Translations under genes and position numbers: made by a program | Notes under the pieces: model-generated | Told to the model about the DNA's origin: nothing | What the model saw: only the letters and a program-made list of their open reading frames with translations | Databases searched by the model: none | In this document: positions 48,476-56,912 of the stretch, one piece after another | Layout of the letters: every line of letters begins with the position of its first letter | How positions within the stretch are numbered: position 1 is the first letter of the stretch | Origin: Bacillota bacterium | GTDB lineage: Bacteria > Bacillota > Clostridia > Peptostreptococcales > Anaerovoracaceae | Reading direction: 5' to 3' | NCBI GenBank assembly: GCA_016302925.1 | Contig: JAEDMR010000001.1 | Location: 730-64,729 of the forward strand | Length of the DNA: 64,000 nucleotides

Positions 48476-49402
48476 TCAGGTCTCTTTCTTTTCCAGCGTT
48501 TTAAAATAGAATGGACGAAGCCTGTTCTGCCCCTGCGCACACAGATACTGATCGGTATAACGGAAGGCTTCCTGAAGCCATCTGCGGCATTCTTCCGGAC
48601 TTTTATGAAGGCAGCGGTCCCTGTACAGAGCAAGGATCTGCAGCAGCATGGCGTCGAAACGCTCTCCGCTGGTCAGCGTATGTTCCGCACGCAGCGGGCA
48701 GTATCCAAAAGAGGATAAATACAGATTGATTACCCGTTCATTGAGAAAGGGGATGCACATGATCAGGATATGCCGGATCATGGTTTTCCGCGGGATCTCC
48801 CCGAAAAGCTTCATATTCTTCAACAATTCGGAGCCGTAGGAGATACTGGTCATACGGCTGATTTGACGGGTATCGGATTCGGCAGACCGGAAGGTATATT
48901 CACAGGCCTGGCTGAAGTAGATATGCCGCAGGCTGGGAAGCGGATCCTCTGAGAAAATTCCGTATTTTCTCCGTTCCATCGGATGAAGTTTGCACAGATA
49001 TTCCTGAATCATCGTGTCCATGATTCTGCGCCGCTCCTGGTAGAGCGGGCTGTCAGCATCGGATGCATCAAAGACCAGATCACTTCGGTCCGCATAGACC
49101 TGCAGCAGATACTGCTGATCTTCACCGCTCAGTTCCAGTGCTTTTCCGAACATCAGAACCTGCTTCCGGTCAGAAGGGACATGATGTCCGGTTCGCCAGA
49201 ATCGAACCTTTGTAATTTGTGAATCCTGCTCCGGCAGAGCAGCATACATTTTTTCATATAGAAGCATATCGGCATCTCTTTTTGTGGTCAGACCGTTCTT
49301 CTTCATAAAAAGGAGATACTGCTTCTGCAGCCATTGCACTTCCGGTCTGACATCAAGCGATTTCAAAAGGATGTCATCCAGAATTCTTTTCAGTTCATCC
49401 AT
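48476..49402 (-). CDS. Hypothetical protein with two degenerate XRE/HTH_31-like motifs
   Basis: 308 aa. WRTGHHVPSDRKQVLMFGKALELSGEDQQYLL and GEIPRKTMIRHILIMCIPFLNERVINLYLSSFGYCPL resemble the G..P.r..l..la.aL.l...e...LL..aGy.P tail of XRE-type HTH domains. Its stop lies 3 nt from the STAND start. Confidence 0.45.
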   Translation of the reverse strand: MDELKRILDDILLKSLDVRPEVQWLQKQYLLFMKKNGLTTKRDADMLLYEKMYAALPEQDSQITKVRFWRTGHHVPSDRKQVLMFGKALELSGEDQQYLLQVYADRSDLVFDASDADSPLYQERRRIMDTMIQEYLCKLHPMERRKYGIFSEDPLPSLRHIYFSQACEYTFRSAESDTRQISRMTSISYGSELLKNMKLFGEIPRKTMIRHILIMCIPFLNERVINLYLSSFGYCPLRAEHTLTSGERFDAMLLQILALYRDRCLHKSPEECRRWLQEAFRYTDQYLCAQGQNRLRPFYFKTLEKKET

Positions 49403-49444
49403 CGGTATTGTTCCTTTGATTCATGATTTATGATACGAGTATCA

Positions 49445-50788
49445 TTATGTTTTTTGCAGTTTGTGACGCATGAAGCGCCGATAGCGGAGAATCGCAGCGA
49501 AACCTGCTCCGATCCTGCTGAGTGCAAGCCCCAGGCAGACGGCAAGATAGCCTATCCGGGGAATCAGCGAAGCCATGGCAATGTTGATCGTCATTTCGAT
49601 AAAGCCGAAGAAAGGCATGGCCCGGTAATCTCCCATGGATTGCAGAGAATATCGCAGAATGACCAGTGCGGTGAGAAACGGATAGGACACAACGATGATC
49701 CGCATCTGAAAGATTCCTGCCTGAACGGCTTGGAGAGAAGCGCCATCTCCTGCCAGTCCGCGGATCATAGCAGGAGCAAACGCCAGGGACACGATTACAA
49801 TCAGCAGACAAACAGGCAGAGAACGACGATAGAGTCGGCGAACATAATCATGAACCATGCGGTAGTCGCCGCGGCCCGCATTTTGTCCAACGATCACAAC
49901 GGCTGCCGTTCCGTATACGCTGAGCAGTTCTGTGAACAGGGAGGTATACTGATCGGAATAGGCATCTCCGGCAAGCAGGTCGGCAAGCAGATTGTTTTCC
50001 ATCCGCTGCATGAAAAAAGAACCGATGGACAGGAACAGGAACAGAAGGCCCTTGGAACAGCCGTTGATCAGAGTATCCAGATAATGCGCCCTTTGTATGG
50101 CAAATGGGGAAAGAAAGGAGATCCGGCCGCCGGATAGCTTCCCCAAAAACCAGGCAAGGACCAGGACCTGCCACAGATTGTTGATCAGCATGGCAAGCGC
50201 CGGGGCGGTAATTCCCGTATGCAGGCCGGCAATCAGGAAAATAACCAGAAAAGTCTGCACCACAACGCCTGCCATGGATAACATGGCCGGGACAGCGCTG
50301 TTTCCCATTCCCTGAATGGTACTGATCAGGATCAGCTTCAGATAAAGAAGTCCCGCGCCCAAAAGGATGACCCGGAAATAGGCGGTCGCATCCGACATCA
50401 GCGCTTCCGGAATATTGGCCTGCTGCAGGATGATTTCGGAGAACAGAGGAAAGGACAGACAAAGGACACCCATGGCTGACGTCAGATATACTGCGCCCCA
50501 GAATCCCTGACGGATTTCTTCCGGATCATCGGAGCCGATACAGCGGGAAAGGCGTACGCCAAATCCACTGACAACGGCCGCAAACATGGAATTGATGATG
50601 GACACACATCCGGAACATGCACCGGTCACTGCCACCGCGTTCTGACTCAGATATCTGCTGATGACTGCCGTATTCACCATGGCATAGATACATTGGAATC
50701 CTGCGGAAAGGAAGAAGGGAAACAGAAACCATCGCAGTTCCTGGTTTCCGATTCTCTGTGTGAAATCAAGCTGTCGGAATCGTTTCAT
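49445..50788 (-). CDS. MATE family efflux transporter
   Basis: Start is placed at MKRFRQLDF (GGAGAA RBS); the ORF opens at 50857. It has 12-TM-like hydrophobicity and N-terminal LRWFLFPFFLSAGFQCIYAMVNTAVISR, typical of the MATE family. Confidence 0.8.
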   Translation of the reverse strand: MKRFRQLDFTQRIGNQELRWFLFPFFLSAGFQCIYAMVNTAVISRYLSQNAVAVTGACSGCVSIINSMFAAVVSGFGVRLSRCIGSDDPEEIRQGFWGAVYLTSAMGVLCLSFPLFSEIILQQANIPEALMSDATAYFRVILLGAGLLYLKLILISTIQGMGNSAVPAMLSMAGVVVQTFLVIFLIAGLHTGITAPALAMLINNLWQVLVLAWFLGKLSGGRISFLSPFAIQRAHYLDTLINGCSKGLLFLFLSIGSFFMQRMENNLLADLLAGDAYSDQYTSLFTELLSVYGTAAVVIVGQNAGRGDYRMVHDYVRRLYRRSLPVCLLIVIVSLAFAPAMIRGLAGDGASLQAVQAGIFQMRIIVVSYPFLTALVILRYSLQSMGDYRAMPFFGFIEMTINIAMASLIPRIGYLAVCLGLALSRIGAGFAAILRYRRFMRHKLQKT

Positions 50789-50873
50789 TTGACATTCTCC
50801 GTATGGTTCATAATCAATGGTCTGTGTACAAACTGGATTACAGGATAATTTAAACATAAAAGCAACATCAGAG

Positions 50874-50919
50874 CAAGCAAGTAAATTTTAACATTTAATT
50901 GTTAACTTTCACTTGCTTG
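50874..50919. promoter_or_regulatory. Nested palindrome in the divergent MATE / Sel1-island control region
   Basis: Outer arms CAAGCAAGT (50874-50882) / ACTTGCTTG (50911-50919). Inner arms TTAACA (50888-50893) / TGTTAA (50900-50905). The right outer arm overlaps candidate -35 TTGACG (50917-50922), which sits 17 nt upstream of TAAAAC (50940-50945). Confidence 0.5.
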
Positions 50920-50994
50920 ACGGTAGGAAAACGGAATGCTAAAACAAAAATGTATAAGACTATCAAAAATATCTTCTAGGCAAGGAGGCACTGA

Positions 50995-52542
50995 ATGTTA
51001 ATTGTAATTATCTTAGTCCTTGTTGGCGTTCTCGTTTTTTTGAAAATGAAGAAGGACAGAGCGGCTGACGCCCGTTTTCTGCAGGAAGAGACGGCGTGGG
51101 AACAACAAGTGGCGGCGCGGAAAAAAGATGGGGAACCGAAGGTATGCACGAAAATGCCGTCTCTTGAAGGAAAAGGCAAAACCGTTATCGGGCCGGATGG
51201 AAAAAACTATCCGAAAACAGTTTTGGAGAAAAATTATTATGGCGTCATCCGGGATTTTTTCCGAGAGGATGCAGAGGATTACGCACATGCAAAATACGAA
51301 TGCAGTCCGCTGTTCTGTATGGCTGCAATGGAATATTATATCCTGGAATATTTTTATGGAAGTTTCGACTGGGGGAAACCTGAAACACTGACCAGAGAAT
51401 ATGTGGAAAAAGGCATTTCCTGTATTTATGAGGTGGCAGAAAATTATGCATATCCGGCCATGCAGGATAACGATATGATTCAGGCACAGCATTATTCTGT
51501 ACGGAGAACGGCAGATAAAACGCGTGCCATGGCGGGCAATGGTTACTATAAAAATGTATACGAGATCCCTGTCAATATGGATAAAGCGTTGAATTTCTAC
51601 AGAATGCCGGAGAAACTGCGTGAGAAATATCCGGATTATGTGGGGCAGGCAGGCAAGGACTGTGTCATTACCATGGTAAAATGCTGGCTCCAAACGGCGC
51701 ATATTTATTCTGCCCGGCAGGAGGCAGAGAAGGCAAAAAAGCTTTACAGTCAGGTATATCAGATGGCAGTCCGCTTTTCTCTTGATGATATGATTATGGA
51801 GCTGATCCATGCTTTAACATCAGGGTATCCCAGAAATCCGGCAGACTATCAGGATCATGCATATAACATTTTAGCAGATTGGGCCTGCAACAGCGACCTG
51901 GGACTTGCTATGTATGAAGAATATGTACTTCATATAAATGGGCTGGACAAGACCCGAATGGCAAAGAGTCCTGAAGAGGCCGTCAAGCTGTATCGGGAAC
52001 AGGCAGAAAGCAATCACTATGCTGCTTATCTGCTTGGTCAGGCAACGCTATTCGGCTACGGAACCGAAAAGAATGAGGCGTATGGACACAAGATGATAGA
52101 GATTGCGGCAGAAAATGGCTGTATCTCTGCTCTGTTTGCATTGATTCAGCTTTCTGCGGAAAGCAGAGAAGAATCAAAGAAATGGCAGTCCGATTTCGAG
52201 AAGACGGTTGCCGTTGTTGTGGCAGTAAGCAGTTCTGTGCGAGACGTACTAAAGCAGAGTGGAAAGGATGTAACGAAACAGCGTTTTGCGGAGATAGAAC
52301 GCAGTCTTGCGGAAGCGGAACGAAAACAGCAGACGGAAGCAGCAGTGGATACACAGGAAACAAAGGAGGGCTTCACTTTCCCTGTCGCTTTCTGCGACGA
52401 AAATATGAATCGCTGGGAACGGGGAGATGTTTTGTTGGGCGTTGCCCTGTATCAGTGTATGAGTACGGGAGAAATCAGAAATCTGGATCAGCGAGATATC
52501 CGGCGGCTTGAAAGAACCACGGGAATGCAGATTGAGTATTGA
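50995..52542 (+). CDS. N-terminally membrane-anchored Sel1-like repeat protein
   Basis: MLIVIILVLVGVLVFL TM helix followed by KMKKDR. Sel1-like unit: EEAVKLYREQAESNHYAAYLLGQATLFGYGTEKNEAYGHKMIEIAAENG. AAGGAGG RBS. Confidence 0.65.
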   Translation: MLIVIILVLVGVLVFLKMKKDRAADARFLQEETAWEQQVAARKKDGEPKVCTKMPSLEGKGKTVIGPDGKNYPKTVLEKNYYGVIRDFFREDAEDYAHAKYECSPLFCMAAMEYYILEYFYGSFDWGKPETLTREYVEKGISCIYEVAENYAYPAMQDNDMIQAQHYSVRRTADKTRAMAGNGYYKNVYEIPVNMDKALNFYRMPEKLREKYPDYVGQAGKDCVITMVKCWLQTAHIYSARQEAEKAKKLYSQVYQMAVRFSLDDMIMELIHALTSGYPRNPADYQDHAYNILADWACNSDLGLAMYEEYVLHINGLDKTRMAKSPEEAVKLYREQAESNHYAAYLLGQATLFGYGTEKNEAYGHKMIEIAAENGCISALFALIQLSAESREESKKWQSDFEKTVAVVVAVSSSVRDVLKQSGKDVTKQRFAEIERSLAEAERKQQTEAAVDTQETKEGFTFPVAFCDENMNRWERGDVLLGVALYQCMSTGEIRNLDQRDIRRLERTTGMQIEY

Positions 52543-52558
52543 GAAAGGAGATTTCCAC

Positions 52559-53836
52559 ATGAAAAAGACAAAAAGTATTCTAAGTATACTGCTCAGCGTT
52601 CTGCTGATTCTGACAGTGTTGCCGATGGCATCTGCACCTGCATTTGCCGTTGAAACGACAAATAGTCAGGATGGCAACTGGGGGATTTATGCGGATTATA
52701 ACAAAAATACATGTACAATTTACGGGTATTACGGCAGCGAAGCCAACCTGAAGATACCTTCTAAAATCGATGGACTGAAAGTGACCAAAATCCAGCTGTC
52801 CACAGGCGGCAGTCCTTGGACAAACAATTACACAAACCGCAATTCGATTGTAACAATCGAAGTACCGGATACCATAACAGAGCTTGGATATGCATCCTTT
52901 GCGAATCTGCCGAATCTGAAATCCGTGAGCATTCCATCTTCTGTGAAAACTTTTGGAGCCAGCCTTTTCGCCTGGTCCACATCTCTGGAGGAGTTTACGA
53001 TTCCCAAAAATATGAAGGAAATTCCAAACGGAATGTTTAGCAGCTGTACTTCACTAAAGAATGTGACCATCCACAGCGGAGTCACGGCCTTAGGCGAAGG
53101 CGCTTTCGCCGGATGTACATCCCTGAAGACGATCAAGCTTCCGTCTAAGCTGAAAACGATCGGGGAAAGGTGTTTTGGCACCTCCAGTGCAGACTGGTGC
53201 GGACTGGAAAGTATCTCTATTCCGAATTCTGTGACCTCCATAGGATGTTATGCCTTTAACCTCTGCAAAAATCTGACCGAGGTGAAGATGTCCACAAGGA
53301 TAGAAGAAATCGGAAGTAATGCTTTTAGTGAATGTGAAAATCTGAAATCCATCACGATCCCATCCAGCTGCAAGAAAATAGAATACGGGGTCTTCGATGA
53401 CTGTGACAGCCTGACTACCGTGGTCTTCAGAAGCGATCTGAAACTGCCGTCTTACAGCTCACCGCTTCATGCCTCTTCTCTTTTAACCGTATATTCTGCT
53501 TCCTCCGAAAAGGCTGTCAGAGAATACTGTTCTGAAAAAGGAATACGCTGGAAATCACTGAATCCGCCGAAACTGACCAGCAAGAAACGGACAGCGACGA
53601 CGGCCACCCTGAAGTGGAGTTCTGTTTCCGGCGCTGTGGGCTACAAAGTATACATGAAGACCGGAACCGGTTCCTACAAGCTGATGAAAACTACTACCGA
53701 CCTCAGCTATAAAGCCACCGGCCTGAAAAAAGGCGTCACCTACCGGTTCTATGTGACCACCCTGAAAGAAGACGACCTGGGTCAGAATATTGAAAGCAAG
53801 GGCTCATCCGTATATAAAACATATCTGAAAAAATAA
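52559..53836 (+). CDS. Secreted BspA-type leucine-rich repeat protein with C-terminal FN3 domain (paralog 1)
   Basis: Start MKKTKSILSILLSVLLILTVLPMASAPAFA (signal peptide, AAAGGAG RBS). Repeated ..IP.SV..IG..AF..C..L..I.. units (LRR_5 type). FN3-like tail: ATLKWSSVSGAVGYKVY...TYRFYV. Confidence 0.8.
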   Translation: MKKTKSILSILLSVLLILTVLPMASAPAFAVETTNSQDGNWGIYADYNKNTCTIYGYYGSEANLKIPSKIDGLKVTKIQLSTGGSPWTNNYTNRNSIVTIEVPDTITELGYASFANLPNLKSVSIPSSVKTFGASLFAWSTSLEEFTIPKNMKEIPNGMFSSCTSLKNVTIHSGVTALGEGAFAGCTSLKTIKLPSKLKTIGERCFGTSSADWCGLESISIPNSVTSIGCYAFNLCKNLTEVKMSTRIEEIGSNAFSECENLKSITIPSSCKKIEYGVFDDCDSLTTVVFRSDLKLPSYSSPLHASSLLTVYSASSEKAVREYCSEKGIRWKSLNPPKLTSKKRTATTATLKWSSVSGAVGYKVYMKTGTGSYKLMKTTTDLSYKATGLKKGVTYRFYVTTLKEDDLGQNIESKGSSVYKTYLKK

Positions 53837-53897
53837 TTGCGGATGGCATAACAAAATGTGCCATGTACGTAACGGAGGGCGAGTATCATGAAGAAAA
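53834..53897 (+). repeat. Conserved structured intercistronic leader, copy A
   Basis: The 52-nt core at 53846-53897 is 48/52 identical to 57842-57893. Hairpin ATGGCA/TGCCAT (53843-53848 / 53859-53864) has a TAACAAA-containing loop and is followed by GTACG..ACGGAGG..CGAGTATC-ATGAAGAAAA. Confidence 0.7.
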
Positions 53898-55174
53898 GCA
53901 AATTAGAAAGGAAAACATTGATGAAAAAGATGAAAAAAACACTTTGTCTCCTGCTCATGTTCATGGTTGCCGCAATGGCATTTCCAACGGTGAGCTTTGG
54001 TGCAAACGAAATCGTAAGCCAGGACGGAAACTGGCGTTACATCCCGGATTATAACAAGGATACCTGCACAGTCATCGGCTACTACGGCTCTGATGCGGAC
54101 GTGTCCATTCCATCCGTTGTGGATGATCTGAAGGTGACCAGACTGGATTTTCAATTTCAGGTGGCTGCACCGCATAACCGGTGGATGAACCCGGAACCTG
54201 TCGTCAGCATTACAATCCCGAACACAGTAACTTCATTGGGAAATTTCTGCTTTGCCGAACTGCCGAATCTGAAGAAGATCACAATCCCTTCTTCTGTGAA
54301 AGAATTTGGAAAAGGTCTTTTCGACTGGTGCACCTCATTAGAGGAATTCACAATACCGGCAAATATGAAGGAAATTCCTTCGGAGACGTTTGAAAACTGC
54401 ACCTCTCTGTCGAAGGTAACCATCCATTCCAAGGTGACCAGTATCGGATATTCAGCATTCGCTGGTTGTACTTCCCTAAAGCAGATCAAGCTGCCTTCAG
54501 GCCTTAAGAGCATCGGAGGACAATGCTTCTTCGGCAGCGGTCTGGAAAGTCTTTCAATACCGAATACCGTATCCGATCTGGGTGGAGGTATCTGTGACTA
54601 TTGCACAAATCTGACTTCTGTCAAGTTTACGACCAATGCGAATGTCAAGGAATTGCCGTATAACAGTTTTTACCGCTGCTCGAATCTTAAGACGATCACC
54701 ATCCCGTCCAATATCAAGTCCATGTACTCCGGTTTTAGTGAATGTCCGAATCTGACAACGGTAATTGTCCGCAATGATAACCTTGATATCATCGGCGGTC
54801 TTGAGCAGACTGCAGTACTTACAGCATACTCTTCCTCAAAGGCAACCAAACTGAGAGAATACTGCTCGAAAAAAGGCATCCGCTGGAAACCACTGGATCC
54901 GCCGACATGGATTAGCAAGAAGCGGACAGATACAACAGCATCCCTGAAGTGGAAGTCCGTTACAGATGCTGTGGGCTATAAAGTCTATAAAAAGACCGGT
55001 TCCGGCTCCTATAAGCTGCTGAAGACCGTTACCGGCACAAGCTATAAGGCAACGGGTCTGAAGAAAGGCACCACTTACAGATTCTATGTAACAACGCTGA
55101 AAGAGGATGCTCTGGGCAATCTGATCGAAAGCAAGGGCTCATCCGTATATAAAACATATCTGAAAAAAAGCTGA
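53888..55174 (+). CDS. Secreted BspA-type leucine-rich repeat protein with C-terminal FN3 domain (paralog 2)
   Basis: Signal peptide MKKTLCLLLMFMVAAMAFPTVSFG. Same LRR_5 + FN3 layout as 52559..53836. The last ~39 nt (GSSVYKTYLKK) are identical to paralog 1. Confidence 0.8.
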   Translation: MKKSKLERKTLMKKMKKTLCLLLMFMVAAMAFPTVSFGANEIVSQDGNWRYIPDYNKDTCTVIGYYGSDADVSIPSVVDDLKVTRLDFQFQVAAPHNRWMNPEPVVSITIPNTVTSLGNFCFAELPNLKKITIPSSVKEFGKGLFDWCTSLEEFTIPANMKEIPSETFENCTSLSKVTIHSKVTSIGYSAFAGCTSLKQIKLPSGLKSIGGQCFFGSGLESLSIPNTVSDLGGGICDYCTNLTSVKFTTNANVKELPYNSFYRCSNLKTITIPSNIKSMYSGFSECPNLTTVIVRNDNLDIIGGLEQTAVLTAYSSSKATKLREYCSKKGIRWKPLDPPTWISKKRTDTTASLKWKSVTDAVGYKVYKKTGSGSYKLLKTVTGTSYKATGLKKGTTYRFYVTTLKEDALGNLIESKGSSVYKTYLKKS

Positions 55175-55196
55175 GAGTGAAAGGAATAATACAGGA

Positions 55197-55913
55197 ATGT
55201 TACGCGGATTATTTGGTCGAAAAGCACTCTCAAAAGAGACTGTATCCAATGACACGGAAAAGAATCATCCTCCGGTCAAGTCGATCAGTGAAATGAAGAA
55301 CCTGGAAGAAATACAACAATATTATGATATGGTTTGCAAGATCGAAGATCCGGCAGTCCGCGCCAGGGAACTTCAACCGTTTGCCGAAGCCGGGTTCCAT
55401 CAGGCTATGCTCAAGCTGGCACTGGCAAATGAAGCGTGCGGAAAAACGGAGGAAGTTTTCACATGGCTGAAAAAAGCCGCAGAAGCGGGAAATTATGCTG
55501 CGTATTATGAATGGGGAATCCGAACGCTGCAGGGGGCTGCAGAATTGGCAAAGCAGCAGGGATATACGGATGAGAGCCTTTTAAGAGCCGGTTTAAGCCA
55601 GCTGTGCGATGCGGCAGGCGGCGGCGTGCAAAAGGCAGTACAGGCTTTGACTGCGTATAACCATGCGGAACGGGAAGAGGCGGCGCAGGTGATTCAGCCT
55701 GTTCTGGATGAAAATCTGAAAGAATGGGCGCAAATTCTGGATGAGAATGATACTCTGGCGCATGCGCAGTATACCAAAGGGCTCTGGTATTTTTACGGGG
55801 TAGGATACGCCCAGGACCTGGACAAAGCCAGAGAGTGGCTGCAGAAAGCTGCGGCCCAGGGACACCAGGATGCAAGAGATCTTCTGGAGAATCCGCTTCT
55901 GGCAGAATTTTAG
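55197..55913 (+). CDS. Sel1-like repeat protein, no signal peptide
   Basis: WLKKAAEAGNYAAYYEWG and GLWYFYGVGYAQDLDKAREWLQKAAAQGHQDA are canonical Sel1 units. Confidence 0.7.
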   Translation: MLRGLFGRKALSKETVSNDTEKNHPPVKSISEMKNLEEIQQYYDMVCKIEDPAVRARELQPFAEAGFHQAMLKLALANEACGKTEEVFTWLKKAAEAGNYAAYYEWGIRTLQGAAELAKQQGYTDESLLRAGLSQLCDAAGGGVQKAVQALTAYNHAEREEAAQVIQPVLDENLKEWAQILDENDTLAHAQYTKGLWYFYGVGYAQDLDKAREWLQKAAAQGHQDARDLLENPLLAEF

Positions 55914-55930
55914 ATTGGAAGGTGAAAATC

Positions 55931-56905
55931 ATGGGATTTTTTGATAAGAGAAGTGCACAGGAAAAAGAATTTGACAAGGCGCTGAAAGCAGCACTGGCAA
56001 AACCAAATGAAAAGACGTTCGGGAGTCTAGAATCAGCCTGCCGAAATTATGCGCCGGGATGGCAAGGATGGCTTCTTATGGGATTATGCTATGACTGCGG
56101 CGCAGGCGTGACCAGGGACGCTGCAAAGGCGGCAGAATATCATGCGCAAGCGAAGCAGTGTGGGGATAACTGGGCGTTAGGCTTTTATGCATACTACGAG
56201 CGGTCTGCCGGAAATATTTACATGGAGGATCTGACCGAACGTGCGCTGGCCTGCAGACGGATGGGAACGGCCGCCATGTATTTCGTCGATACCTGTGAGC
56301 AGCATCTTTCCAAGGGTGTTTCGGACAGCGATATCGAATTTTTCCGTTCGATCTACAGTAAAGTCGATACCGGCGGTTTATTGCGATCCAGCGATGAGCA
56401 GCTTCAGGTGTTCGTACACGAAAGCCCGTTTACCAACTGGATTGCCGCGACGGCCGCTTTCAAAAACGGGAAGGGCAATGCACAGGATGTGCAGCTGTTC
56501 TCGAAAGAATTTTTTAAACAGGTCAAGGCTATACAGAAAAGAAATTCAGATACTATTTCTTCGGCATATGCAGATTCCTGGCTCTATGTGGCAGGTGCAG
56601 CACTTTTGTTTGCCGGCAGCTACGGTGGCTTTGTCTATGATTTTTCCGATGATGACCAAAGAAACCGGATCCGAAAAGGCTTTCATATGATGTGGCAGGC
56701 TGCGGATCGCGGAAACGTGGCTGCGATGTACCTTTTGGCCGATATGGCGGATGATAAGGACTATCTGTCGTTAATCATTGACAGTTCCACCCATAGCGAC
56801 AATCTGATTACGCTGGCATCCCTGCTTTCTATTGCCGAGGAAAAGGGGCATGCAGGAGCAAAGGCGAAGTTAGAAGAATTGATGAAACTGATGGCAAAAC
56901 TGTAA
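55931..56905 (+). CDS. Sel1-like/TPR-like repeat protein, no signal peptide
   Basis: Start is placed at MGFFDKRSAQ (ORF opens at 55835, inside the previous gene). LLMGLCYDCGAGVTRDAAKAAEYHAQAKQCGD and MMWQAADRGNVAAMYLLADM. Confidence 0.55.
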   Translation: MGFFDKRSAQEKEFDKALKAALAKPNEKTFGSLESACRNYAPGWQGWLLMGLCYDCGAGVTRDAAKAAEYHAQAKQCGDNWALGFYAYYERSAGNIYMEDLTERALACRRMGTAAMYFVDTCEQHLSKGVSDSDIEFFRSIYSKVDTGGLLRSSDEQLQVFVHESPFTNWIAATAAFKNGKGNAQDVQLFSKEFFKQVKAIQKRNSDTISSAYADSWLYVAGAALLFAGSYGGFVYDFSDDDQRNRIRKGFHMMWQAADRGNVAAMYLLADMADDKDYLSLIIDSSTHSDNLITLASLLSIAEEKGHAGAKAKLEELMKLMAKL

Positions 56906-56912
56906 GAACGAT

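Noticed and set aside
49403-49444. Palindrome ATGATAC-GA-GTATCAT between the MATE gene and the 308-aa gene, considered as a terminator
   Set aside because: A two-nucleotide loop leaves an effective stem of about 5 bp, and no T-run follows on the minus strand. It is not a credible intrinsic terminator, though it could be a protein-binding site.
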